Positions 12,377 through 21,689 of a stretch of 64,000 nt of DNA are shown piece by piece. The notes beneath the pieces are model-generated. The model was not told the DNA's origin. It was given only the letters and a program-made list of their open reading frames with translations, and ran no database searches. The stretch covers positions 27,809 to 91,808 of the forward strand of contig JAFYYS010000035.1 in assembly GCA_017546025.1 (NCBI GenBank), in the 5' to 3' direction. This DNA comes from Lachnospiraceae bacterium. GTDB lineage: Bacteria; Bacillota; Clostridia; Lachnospirales; Lachnospiraceae. Numbering within the stretch: position 1 is the first letter of the stretch; each line of letters begins with the position of its first letter. The position numbers were made by a program, and so were the translations under genes.

Positions 12377-12445
12377 AAATTACTCAAACTGTGTATAAAA
12401 CTACTCGAAACGGCGTTCCATTTTCCAAACACCCTTTGCTATAAT
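12377..12445 (+). promoter_or_regulatory. Candidate LytTR-type direct-repeat box pair plus extended -10 promoter of the surface-protein gene
   Basis: AAAtTACTCAAAC (12377-12389) and AAAcTACTCGAAAC (12398-12411). The TACTC cores are 21 nt apart. TGcTATAAT lies at 12437-12445 and there is no good -35. Confidence 0.35.
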
Positions 12446-12552
12446 TAGCATCGTTGGAAAATCTTTTTTCACTTCAAGGAAACTGTTATGATGATGCGAG
12501 GTTCCGAGAAGAACTAACCATTAAACCATTAAACCATTGGGAGGAACAAACA

Positions 12553-15500
12553 ATGAACAAATCAAGTAAGTTCCATCGTCTTATGCAGATCTTAGCAATG
12601 TTCTTATGCGTTGCTATGGTTGCCGGGACGTTCGGAACGGCAAACGCGTCCAGCGGAAATAATAACGCTAAAACGCCGGCGATTACGATTTCCGTACCGC
12701 CGACGAGTATCGACTACTATAATCAGAACGGAGAACCTTCCACTTGGAAGCCGACATTCAATATAACGGCGAAGGTTCAGAACGTTGTATATCAGAATGG
12801 AATGAAACTGATTTTCAACTGGCAGGAAAAACATGCCGGCTCAGATGTTTTTGTCGACAGCCCTCTTATCGTTGACGAGAATCATCCGGAGAATACAAAG
12901 CTTAGTAGCGAAATTACTCATGACGCTGCAACTAGTAAGTACTTTTACTGGGGTAGTTGGCAGAACATGAATATTTCTCTTCCTATCTCTTCGGCAGATG
13001 GAAAGAATGTTGCCCGCAACGGAGCAATTTTCCGTTGTAAGATTATTCTTGTGGATAAAGACAACAACGAGATTTGCTCTGTAATGTCCAACGAAGTCAA
13101 GGTTAACTATACGGTCAGAGTTACTTTGCACGACGGTGAAAAAAAGGAAGATATTAAGGTTCCGTATAATCAGGTTGTAACGATCCCTGCTTCTTATAAT
13201 CAGGAAGGATACACCACCGGATGGCAGACTCGTGAAGCTCATTATGATTATTTGACGCATAAAACAACATATACTTATACTGATTTTGATGTTACAAAGG
13301 GAATTACCGCTCCGGTTGATCTTTATGTAAAGCGCACCAAGCTGGTAACCGTTTCCTTCAATATGAACGGTCATGGAACGCAGATTCCTTCGCAGACTTT
13401 CGCAGCGGGTCAAAAAGCGAAAGAACCTGCTAAACCTCAGGCTACTGACGGATATGAGTTCGTTGAATGGCAGGATGAAAAAGGAAATGCGTATGATTTC
13501 AGCAAGCAAGTTGAAGAAAACATTACGTTGACTGCTAAGTGGAAGACGTCTAAGGTTAGTGTTACATTGTACTATAACGGTCATGGATATGGTCATGCTC
13601 CGGTGGTGACTTGGGTCGAACCCGGAACTACGAATGTAATCCCGACAAATGTAGTATGTACTTCTCCTTTTGCTGGCACCCATAAATTCATTGGATGGTA
13701 TACAGATCCTCAGTTTAATTCGAATCAATACACAGAGCCAGCAGACGGAATTACTTCTAGTGTAGTTTTGTATGCAAAATGGGGAACATACTATACGGTA
13801 AGCTTCGCGGCAGGAAAGGACTTCTCGTTTGATCAGAATGCTGATGTACCCGATAGTCAGGATGTGGAGAAAGACCATTATGCTACTGTTCCTACTGTAA
13901 CGCCCAAGTCGGCTAATGAAGGATATGAGTTTGCAGGTTGGTATGAAGACATAACTTGCACAAAAGAATTCAAATTCGCTCTGAAGAAGATTACTTCAAA
14001 TACTGTTGTTTATGCAAAATTCGAGAAGAAACCTACCGTAACCGTTACTCTTCATGCTAACGGTCATGGAAATGACGATAGTACTGATACCATCTATAAA
14101 GGTGAGACTTATGCTGTTCCCGCAGCGCTTACGAGTGACGATACAGTTCATGACACCTTCCTTGGTTGGTTCACGGATAAAGCTTGCACGAAGGCATATG
14201 ATAAGGCTACTAAACTCGAATCAAACCTTGACCTCTACGCCGGTTGGAAGACCGAGTATACTGTTAAGTTTGATGCAAACGGTAAGACCTTTGTTGGTTC
14301 GTATGGCGATCAGAAGGTTGTAAAAGGCAATTCCATCACCCTTCCGACAAATGTGACTGAGGATTCTGACAAATACGACTTCACCGGTTGGACTCTGAAC
14401 GGTGAATCCGTAAGCGGTGATTTCACTGTTAACGGTGATGTAACATTTGTTGCAAATTGGGCTGCAAAACTGATTAAATTCGAGTTAGCTGGTTCTGCAC
14501 AGAATGTATACTATGTCGGTGATTCGTTTAATCCGACCGGTCTTAAGATTCGGTATACTTATGCTGACGGGACCAAAAAGGAATATGATGTCTCCCGCAA
14601 TAACTGCGACTATGATTTCTCAACTGCAGGCAGCAAGACTGTTGCCATCAGCTACGATGGACGTACATTCAATTATGATGTAACCGTTAAGAAGAACGCC
14701 GGTTTTGTAGACGTAGTAACGGAGAGCATTTCCGCGACATACGGAGATACGCCTATTACCATTCTCGGCGAAGCAGCTTCTGATACACCTGTTGTAACAA
14801 GCGGCGAAGAAAAAGTTGTAAAGATTGAGAATAATAAGGTTGTAATCGTTGGTGTTGGTACGACAGATGTTACCGTATCCGTTGGAGCAACTGATACACA
14901 CGAAGCCAAGACTGTTACCATTTCGGTTACAATCAGCCCTAAGACGCTTACGGTTGGCTGGGATGAAGAAAGCCTCGTTCTTACCTATAACGGCGATAAG
15001 CAGGCACCTAAGGTTGATGTAGAGGGAATCCTTGAAGGTGACATCGTCAATGTGACGGTAAGCGGTGCACAGAAGAATGTCGGAGACGATTATTCTGCTA
15101 AGGTTTCCGTAGACAATAAGAATTACGTAATCGCCGAGGAAGATGCAGAGCAGCTGTTCTCTATCGCTCCTAAGACCGTTGAAGTTATCTGGACCAATAC
15201 GGAACTGATTTATGACGGAACCGAGCAGGGACCTGATGCCGCACTCACTGAGGACAGCATCTTTGAAGGCGATGAGGTAAATGTAACGGTTAGCAACAAG
15301 GCAACAAAGGTTGGCAATGAGTATGTTGCAACTGCGTCGATTGACGATGACAACTATGTGATTTTGGACGACACAAAATCTTGCGGTTTCTCCATTGCTC
15401 CGAAGCCGATTGAACTCGTTTGGAGCAACACCGAGTTCGTTTACGACGGTACCGAGAAGAAGCCTTCTGCATCTGTAAAGGCCGGTGAGCTTTGCGGATC

Positions 15501-16938
15501 GGATAAGTGTAATGTTATTGTAACCGGTGTTCAGACGGATGCCGGCAAACACACTGCACATGCATCTCTCGATAATGGCAACTATGAGATTTCTGATGAT
15601 TTCAAAGAACAAGCATTTGTAATTTCTCCGAAGGAAGTTAAGGAGCTTACGGTTACAATCGGAACGCTCGTTTGCGGTACTGAAATTGAACCTCTGCTGG
15701 CTGAGGGCATGCTTCGCGCGATTCCTGCGGGCCTGAGATTTAAACAAAATTGGAACAATGTTACTGTAGCATTTAGCGATGAAAATGCAAGTTATTCCGG
15801 TATGTTCTCATTAATCGGCTTATCCGAGGAGGAGATTTCATCGGATTACAGGTTCTTCATCGGAACGATTGAAGGCGGCAAGAACTACTTGGGCGCACTG
15901 CAGATTAAACTTGATGCGAACCATAAGCTGGCTTCCGATGCAAAAGTGACTGTAACCTATGGTAAAGAAGCACTGAAAGCAATAGATGTGACGCAGTTTA
16001 GCAGTGAAACAGATCTGAGTGATGCGTTGGTATCTAATTCTGTGATGGTGCTCAATGACAAAGAAGAAATCATGATTGCTGCAAATCTTCTTGCTGTTCA
16101 TGTTCCCGGCGAAGCAGTAAGAGAAGAAGTTGCTGCTGCGACCTTCGAGGCAGAGGGCAGCTACGATATGATCGTGAAGTGCACCGAGTGCGGTGAAGTT
16201 CTCAGCAGAGAGTCCTTCCCGCTTGGAAAGCTTGTTCCTGAAATCAAAGAAATTACCTTTGGCGGATTTGACCAGGCTAAGAAGGATTACCTGATTGACG
16301 AAGATTTGGATGTATCCGGTCTTTCTGTAGAGGTTAAGTGGACCAACGGCGACGTTACGAAGGAAGATGTTAAGAAGGAATGGGTATCCGGCTTCAATAG
16401 CAAAGTAGAAAACAAGGCTCTTGTTCTTTCCGTTTCTTACCACGGCAAGGCGGCTACCTACACGGTATCTGTTTCTGAGCCTGCAGGTGAGTTCGTTGTA
16501 GAAGGCGACACCAAGTTTAACGGCAAGGACAATATGAAGCTTCATATTATCCACACGAATGCAAAGCGTAACGCTTTGATCTTCTCCCAGTTCGGCGGAA
16601 TTGAGATGGACGGCAAGGTTGTCGGAACGGTCAACTACGATGCTACCGAAGGCAGTATCAAGCTTGATATTCATGCTGACTACCTGAAGACCCTCACCGA
16701 AGGTGAGCACACTCTTACCGTTGATATCGGCGAAGACAAAGTTGACGTAAAGATTTCGGTTACCCAGATTAAGGAAGAGCCCACGCAGCCCGCACAGCAG
16801 GCAGCTACGAGCGACAATGCTCCTTCCACCGGTGACACCGGTTCTCTTGTACTCTGGTATGTAATTGCTCTGATTGCTCTGCTTAGCGCTGCAGCTCTTG
16901 CTGTAGCCCGTCAGAAGAGCAGAAGAGAAGAATTCTGA
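12553..16938 (+). CDS. Giant cell-wall-anchored surface protein (repeat-rich adhesin-like)
   Basis: - Signal peptide: MNKSSKFHRLMQILAMFLCVAMVAGTFGTANA.
- About 7 Listeria-Bacteroides type repeats (GYEFVEWQDEKGNAYDF...LTAKW pattern).
- Ig-like segments (YYVGDSFNPTGLKIRYTYADG).
- 3 MBG/YDG-type repeats (LTYNGDKQAP, LIYDGTEQGP, FVYDGTEKKP).
- C-terminal APSTGD, then a hydrophobic helix and an RQKSRREEF tail.
- ATG 12553 follows GGGAGG. Confidence 0.85.
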   Translation: MNKSSKFHRLMQILAMFLCVAMVAGTFGTANASSGNNNAKTPAITISVPPTSIDYYNQNGEPSTWKPTFNITAKVQNVVYQNGMKLIFNWQEKHAGSDVFVDSPLIVDENHPENTKLSSEITHDAATSKYFYWGSWQNMNISLPISSADGKNVARNGAIFRCKIILVDKDNNEICSVMSNEVKVNYTVRVTLHDGEKKEDIKVPYNQVVTIPASYNQEGYTTGWQTREAHYDYLTHKTTYTYTDFDVTKGITAPVDLYVKRTKLVTVSFNMNGHGTQIPSQTFAAGQKAKEPAKPQATDGYEFVEWQDEKGNAYDFSKQVEENITLTAKWKTSKVSVTLYYNGHGYGHAPVVTWVEPGTTNVIPTNVVCTSPFAGTHKFIGWYTDPQFNSNQYTEPADGITSSVVLYAKWGTYYTVSFAAGKDFSFDQNADVPDSQDVEKDHYATVPTVTPKSANEGYEFAGWYEDITCTKEFKFALKKITSNTVVYAKFEKKPTVTVTLHANGHGNDDSTDTIYKGETYAVPAALTSDDTVHDTFLGWFTDKACTKAYDKATKLESNLDLYAGWKTEYTVKFDANGKTFVGSYGDQKVVKGNSITLPTNVTEDSDKYDFTGWTLNGESVSGDFTVNGDVTFVANWAAKLIKFELAGSAQNVYYVGDSFNPTGLKIRYTYADGTKKEYDVSRNNCDYDFSTAGSKTVAISYDGRTFNYDVTVKKNAGFVDVVTESISATYGDTPITILGEAASDTPVVTSGEEKVVKIENNKVVIVGVGTTDVTVSVGATDTHEAKTVTISVTISPKTLTVGWDEESLVLTYNGDKQAPKVDVEGILEGDIVNVTVSGAQKNVGDDYSAKVSVDNKNYVIAEEDAEQLFSIAPKTVEVIWTNTELIYDGTEQGPDAALTEDSIFEGDEVNVTVSNKATKVGNEYVATASIDDDNYVILDDTKSCGFSIAPKPIELVWSNTEFVYDGTEKKPSASVKAGELCGSDKCNVIVTGVQTDAGKHTAHASLDNGNYEISDDFKEQAFVISPKEVKELTVTIGTLVCGTEIEPLLAEGMLRAIPAGLRFKQNWNNVTVAFSDENASYSGMFSLIGLSEEEISSDYRFFIGTIEGGKNYLGALQIKLDANHKLASDAKVTVTYGKEALKAIDVTQFSSETDLSDALVSNSVMVLNDKEEIMIAANLLAVHVPGEAVREEVAAATFEAEGSYDMIVKCTECGEVLSRESFPLGKLVPEIKEITFGGFDQAKKDYLIDEDLDVSGLSVEVKWTNGDVTKEDVKKEWVSGFNSKVENKALVLSVSYHGKAATYTVSVSEPAGEFVVEGDTKFNGKDNMKLHIIHTNAKRNALIFSQFGGIEMDGKVVGTVNYDATEGSIKLDIHADYLKTLTEGEHTLTVDIGEDKVDVKISVTQIKEEPTQPAQQAATSDNAPSTGDTGSLVLWYVIALIALLSAAALAVARQKSRREEF

Positions 16939-16970
16939 TGATTATCCTATAATCATAAACAGTATTCCTA

Positions 16971-17009
16971 GGAAACGGCGGACGCGAAAGCGTCCGCTGT
17001 TTCCGTTTA
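16971..17009 (+). terminator. Rho-independent terminator after the surface-protein gene
   Basis: 15-bp stem GGAAACGGCGGACGC / GCGTCCGCTGTTTCC with a GAAA loop, then GTTTAT. Confidence 0.8.
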
Positions 17010-17123
17010 TGCAGGCGGCACATGGCCCGCAGAAACCGAAAAGGTTTGCAAAGAGAGCGGAAAAAGCATATAATATAATTTGGTGTTTTATACACAGAAG
17101 TCAGTTTACGGTGTGAGGTTTGT

Positions 17124-19694
17124 ATGAAGCTTCGTTATATGCGAATTCATGTCTGGGTGTTCTTCGGAGTATTTATCATCTCCCTGGCACTCTTTTACGG
17201 CACTTTAGATAATCATGTTCTGGTCAACGAGTTCCACACGGTCCGTTCCGTGGACGCAACCCTTCCGGTGATATCGTTTGAGACATCCGGGGCGGAGATT
17301 AACCGTACCCTCGGCTATACCTTCATCCCGCAGGAAGGCAAGATGCGCGAGAGTATCACGCCGGTTTCCCCGACGAACAGAACTTTTACCGTTCTGGTCG
17401 ACGAAAAGGACAGCAATGTCAGAAAAATCGGCTGTACCGTTTCCGAGGTCGTAACAGGTGTCGTACTTGACAATATTGAACTGATGTCATTAAAGCGGAC
17501 ATCGGACGGCCGCCTGTCCGGGCAGTTCTTCCTGTCCGCCAACTATGCGACCAATACGGAATACACGATGCGCATCACCATCACGACGAGTGAAGGCAAG
17601 GTGGCATATTACTATACGCGTCTGTTCCTGCCGACCTACGGCAATCCGAAGCGGGAAGTGGAGTTTCTCGAGAATTTCCATGAGGCGATTCTGACAGAGG
17701 ACCGCCGTACCGAGGTCGAGAAATACCTTGAGACGGAGGACGGCTATACCGGCTCCGATTTCAGCCGTATCACGCACCGTGACACGGTCGATTCCGTTGG
17801 CTACGGGCAGATGGAACCGAAGGAGGTCGAGACCTTCGTACCCCGCTTCGTCGAGTACACGACGCAGTATGTTGCCGCGGAGAAGGAATTCTACGTGGAG
17901 GCCTACAGCAACGACGGCCTTGAGACCTACGCATGCGTCGAGCATTACCGTTTCCGTACGGAAACCAAGACCAACTATCTGTTCTCGTTTGAGCGAAAGA
18001 TGGAGGTCGTATTTTCCCCGGAATATTTTAACCTGAGCCAGCAGCAGATTAAGCTCGGCATCACGGGCGAGCAGAAGCTGAACGCCCTTTTAAGCGACAA
18101 TGAAAAATACCTGATTTTCGTCCGCGACGGCGATCTTTGGGAATATGATATGGCGGAAAATGTCATGATTCCGCTTTTCTCCTTCGACCGGGAAGGCGGC
18201 GACAACGAGCGGTATCACAACCGGAACCACAATTTCCGGCTGATTTCCGTCGATGACAAAGGAAACGCCGATTTCGTCTTTTACGGCTATATCATCCGCG
18301 GCGAATACGAGGGCCGCGTCGGCATCCTGTATTACCGCTACTACGCCGAGGAGCAGCGAGTCGAAGAGCTGATGTTTGCGCCGGTTACGGTGCCGTATGA
18401 CATACTGAAGGAAGAGTTCGGCGACATCTGCTACATGAACAAATTCGATGAGTTCTTCTTCACGCTGTACGGCACGCTGTACCGCTACCGTACAACGCTC
18501 CACGATACCGTTATCGTGGCCGAGAACATGCATGAGCCGTTCTATCTCGACGGCAGCCGCCTGGTCTATCAGGAGGCTGAAAATGACGTCAATACACGTA
18601 TCGTATATTACGATCTTGAGGCAAATACGACCGATTACCGCGAGGCGGACGAGGGCGACCTTGTGCTGTTCCTCGGAAGCATCGACGGCGACCTGATCTA
18701 TGGTGATGCGCACAAGTCCGACCTGTCCTTTAAGGACAACGGGCAGCCGCACGTGCCGATGTACCGCATTCGGATTGAGAACAGCGACGATGAGCTTCTG
18801 AAAACGTATGTCAGAGAGCACCCGGACGAGTATTATCTCGATGCGGAACTTTCGGATTACGGCCTTGCGCTTAACATCAATAAGAAGACCGGAACGGTTT
18901 CCGGCGTGAAAAAGGATGGCACGGCATTCACGCATGCGACGTACGAGGACATCGGAACCTACAACATTCTGAAGAGCACCGAACCGAAGACGGAACGCGT
19001 CAAGTTGAGCACCCGTTACTCCGAGCCGATGCGGCGTGAGTACTATCTGAACTTGCCGACATCCTTTAAGCTGTCGGTAGTACCGACGATGATTTCCGTC
19101 AAGAACACGCAGGGCAGCGGCCGTACGCCGGTTCGCACCAACGAGCGTTCGGTTCCCGTTTATTATGTGGAGGCGTTTGGTAAGGTAATTTCCGTATCCG
19201 AAGACCTTGCGTACTGCGTCTCATACGCCAACGCCAACTACGGCGGCGTTTTCGACGAAAGAGGACAAATTGTATGGCTGCGAGGCATGCGTGCGAATTC
19301 CGCGCTTTTACGAAATGTCACGCCTACTTTCACGAACGACACCATCGGCGAGAAAGAGGCCGTGCTGCAGATTCTTTTAAGCTATAAGGGCGCTGCGGTC
19401 AATGCATGGGACTGCAACCTCGACGAAAAGGGCATGCTCGCCTGGGTGGACGAGAACATCCCCGGCAAGGCGGTTGATCTGACCGGCGTCACGATGATGG
19501 AAGCGCTGAACTTCGTTTCGGACGGACATCTTCTCGTGACCTATCTGGATGATCACTGGATGGTTGTCATCGGTTACACGGCCAATATCGTGCATGTCAT
19601 CAGCCCCGGCGAGGGCAGGCAGAGAACGATCCTGTTGAGCCGAATGAGAAACACGCTCGACAACCACGGTATTTTCTACACTTACATCGACTAA
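17124..19694 (+). CDS. Membrane-anchored protein of unknown function (856 aa)
   Basis: A single N-terminal TM (VWVFFGVFIISLALFYG) is followed by a long ORF with normal codon usage. The C-terminal ~120 aa (AWDCNLD...DDHWMVVIGY) is reminiscent of C39-like/papain-fold domains; this is weak. Confidence 0.7.
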   Translation: MKLRYMRIHVWVFFGVFIISLALFYGTLDNHVLVNEFHTVRSVDATLPVISFETSGAEINRTLGYTFIPQEGKMRESITPVSPTNRTFTVLVDEKDSNVRKIGCTVSEVVTGVVLDNIELMSLKRTSDGRLSGQFFLSANYATNTEYTMRITITTSEGKVAYYYTRLFLPTYGNPKREVEFLENFHEAILTEDRRTEVEKYLETEDGYTGSDFSRITHRDTVDSVGYGQMEPKEVETFVPRFVEYTTQYVAAEKEFYVEAYSNDGLETYACVEHYRFRTETKTNYLFSFERKMEVVFSPEYFNLSQQQIKLGITGEQKLNALLSDNEKYLIFVRDGDLWEYDMAENVMIPLFSFDREGGDNERYHNRNHNFRLISVDDKGNADFVFYGYIIRGEYEGRVGILYYRYYAEEQRVEELMFAPVTVPYDILKEEFGDICYMNKFDEFFFTLYGTLYRYRTTLHDTVIVAENMHEPFYLDGSRLVYQEAENDVNTRIVYYDLEANTTDYREADEGDLVLFLGSIDGDLIYGDAHKSDLSFKDNGQPHVPMYRIRIENSDDELLKTYVREHPDEYYLDAELSDYGLALNINKKTGTVSGVKKDGTAFTHATYEDIGTYNILKSTEPKTERVKLSTRYSEPMRREYYLNLPTSFKLSVVPTMISVKNTQGSGRTPVRTNERSVPVYYVEAFGKVISVSEDLAYCVSYANANYGGVFDERGQIVWLRGMRANSALLRNVTPTFTNDTIGEKEAVLQILLSYKGAAVNAWDCNLDEKGMLAWVDENIPGKAVDLTGVTMMEALNFVSDGHLLVTYLDDHWMVVIGYTANIVHVISPGEGRQRTILLSRMRNTLDNHGIFYTYID

Positions 19695-19724
19695 TAAGGG
19701 CCGGTTTTATAAGACACGAATCGT

Positions 19725-19754
19725 ATGGCATTTTCCAAAGATGGAAAATGCCAT
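19725..19754. repeat. Perfect 13-bp inverted repeat (ATGGCATTTTCCA-AAGA-TGGAAAATGCCAT)
   Basis: Read directly from the sequence. It lies between the 856-aa gene and deoB and has no T-run after it. Confidence 0.9.
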
Positions 19755-19794
19755 AGTTCTACAACGGTAGAATAAAACGCATGAGGAGGGGTTT

Positions 19795-21015
19795 ATGAAA
19801 AGAGTATTTTTGATTGTACTGGACAGCTGCGGCGTCGGTGAGCTGCCGGATGCAGCCGCTTTCGGGGACGAGGGAAGCTTTACGCTTCGGAGCGCCGCGA
19901 GCGACGAGAGCTTTTCCATGCCGAACATGGAACGGTTGGGGCTGTTCCACATTGACGGCGTGCGCGGCGTTGTGAACGGCTCCGGGCTCGGAGAGCAGAG
20001 AAAGAAGACGTTTACGGGCTCGGTGTGCAGACTTGCCGAGCGTTCCATGGGAAAGGACACCACGACCGGTCACTGGGAGATCGGCGGCGTGGTCAGCGCC
20101 TCGCCGATGCCGACATTTCCGGACGGCTTCCCGAAGGAACTGATTGACGAGCTTTCGAAACGGACCGGACGGGCGATTCTTTGCAACAAGCCGTATTCCG
20201 GTACCGAAGTCATTAAGGATTACGGACGCGAGCAGCTTGCAACGGGTGCTCTGATTGTGTATACGTCGGCGGACAGCGTGCTGCAGATTGCGGCGCATGA
20301 TCAGCTGATTCCGACCGAGCAGCTTTATGAATACTGTAAGATTGCTCGTGAGATCTGTCAGGGGCCTTGGGGCGTCGGACGAATCATCGCGAGACCGTTC
20401 ACGGGTGAGTGGCCGTATACGAGAACGGCGCTCCGCCACGACTTTTCGCTTGTGCCGCCGACGACGATGTTAAATGTGCTTTCGGACGCAGGCTTTGCCG
20501 TGCATTCGGTCGGCAAGATTATCGATATCTTCGCGGAAAGCGGCATCACGGAATATGTCAGAACGCAGAACAATGCGGAAGGCATCGAGCGCACGATTGA
20601 GGAGATGGATAAGGATTTCGAAGGACTCTGCTTCACGAACCTTGTCGATTTCGACATGCAGTACGGACACAGAAACGATATTCCCGGATACGCGAAGGCA
20701 CTCAGCTATTTCGATTCGAAGCTGCCTGAGATGCTTAAAAAGCTTCGCGACGGTGACATTCTGATGGTAACCGCTGACCACGGCTGCGACCCGGCGACGG
20801 CGTCGACCGACCATTCCCGCGAGTACATTCCGCTTGTCGCGTTCGGTAAGAACGTGGCAGCAGGCAGAAACTTCGGAACGAGAGACTGCTTTTCCGACAT
20901 CGCGCAGACGATTCTCGGCTATTTCGGCGTAAAGAACGACCTGGCCGGAACCGCGATTGACGGGCTTGTGAAAAAGCCTGCCGGCAAAAGAACCTGCGGA
21001 AAGAGAACCAAATAA
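19795..21015 (+). CDS. deoB: Phosphopentomutase
   Basis: MKRVFLIVLDSCGVGELPDA..., the GKDTTTGHWE motif, and VTADHGCDP. Confidence 0.93.
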   Translation: MKRVFLIVLDSCGVGELPDAAAFGDEGSFTLRSAASDESFSMPNMERLGLFHIDGVRGVVNGSGLGEQRKKTFTGSVCRLAERSMGKDTTTGHWEIGGVVSASPMPTFPDGFPKELIDELSKRTGRAILCNKPYSGTEVIKDYGREQLATGALIVYTSADSVLQIAAHDQLIPTEQLYEYCKIAREICQGPWGVGRIIARPFTGEWPYTRTALRHDFSLVPPTTMLNVLSDAGFAVHSVGKIIDIFAESGITEYVRTQNNAEGIERTIEEMDKDFEGLCFTNLVDFDMQYGHRNDIPGYAKALSYFDSKLPEMLKKLRDGDILMVTADHGCDPATASTDHSREYIPLVAFGKNVAAGRNFGTRDCFSDIAQTILGYFGVKNDLAGTAIDGLVKKPAGKRTCGKRTK

Positions 21016-21016
21016 C

Positions 21017-21655
21017 ATGATTAAGATTGTCTTTTTCGATATGGACGGGACGCTGATTGATACCGAGAAGTATTTCCGCCGGTTCTGGCCGAAGGCCGCT
21101 GCGGCATTCGGGTACGAGATGAGTGACGAGCAGGCGCTTTCCATGCGAAGCCTCGGCAGACCGTTCGCCCCGGCGCAGCTGAAAGCGTGGTTCGGTCCCG
21201 AAACCGATTACCAGGCGATTCGCGCCAAGCGTACCGAGATGATGGAGGCGCAGTTTGCCATTGACGGGCTTCAGTTAAGGCCCGGCGCCGTGGAAATCCT
21301 GACGGAGCTGAAGGAACGCGGGATTCCGGCGGTTGTCGTGACGGCTTCGCCGATTGAACGGACGGAGCGGTATCTGACGGAGGTCGGGATACTGCAGTAT
21401 TTCGACCGGATCATCAGCGCCACACAGGTTGCGGAGGGGAAGCCCTCCCCGGATGTGTATCTTTTGGCAAGTAAAGAAGTGGGATTTCCCACGGAAGAGT
21501 GCCTCGCGGTTGAGGATTCCCCGAACGGCGTATTATCAGCCTACCGCGCGGGGTGCAAGGTTGTCATGGTGCCCGACCAGACTCCGGCGGACGAGATGCG
21601 GCCGTATCTTGACGGTGTGGCGGAGACACTTGCGGACCTTGGAAAGTTTGTTTAG
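21017..21655 (+). CDS. HAD-superfamily hydrolase (beta-phosphoglucomutase-like subfamily IA)
   Basis: FFDMDGTLIDTE motif I, VVTAS motif II, and EDSPNG motif IV. Confidence 0.85.
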   Translation: MIKIVFFDMDGTLIDTEKYFRRFWPKAAAAFGYEMSDEQALSMRSLGRPFAPAQLKAWFGPETDYQAIRAKRTEMMEAQFAIDGLQLRPGAVEILTELKERGIPAVVVTASPIERTERYLTEVGILQYFDRIISATQVAEGKPSPDVYLLASKEVGFPTEECLAVEDSPNGVLSAYRAGCKVVMVPDQTPADEMRPYLDGVAETLADLGKFV

Positions 21656-21689
21656 GAAATATAAGAAAAGTGAAGTGAGGGGAAATTTT

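Noticed and set aside
12841-15747. Two long minus-strand ORFs (12841-13878 and 14620-15747).
   Set aside because: Both lie inside the giant surface-protein gene. Their translations are Arg/Ile/Asn/Cys-rich nonsense, whereas the + frame gives a signal peptide, recognisable repeat modules and a sorting signal.
19726-19741. Sigma-54 (-24/-12) promoter reading of TGGCATTTTCC.
   Set aside because: TGGCA resembles the -24 element. However, no TTGC(A/T) -12 element follows at the required 5-nt spacing in any of the copies, and no enhancer-binding-protein gene is nearby.
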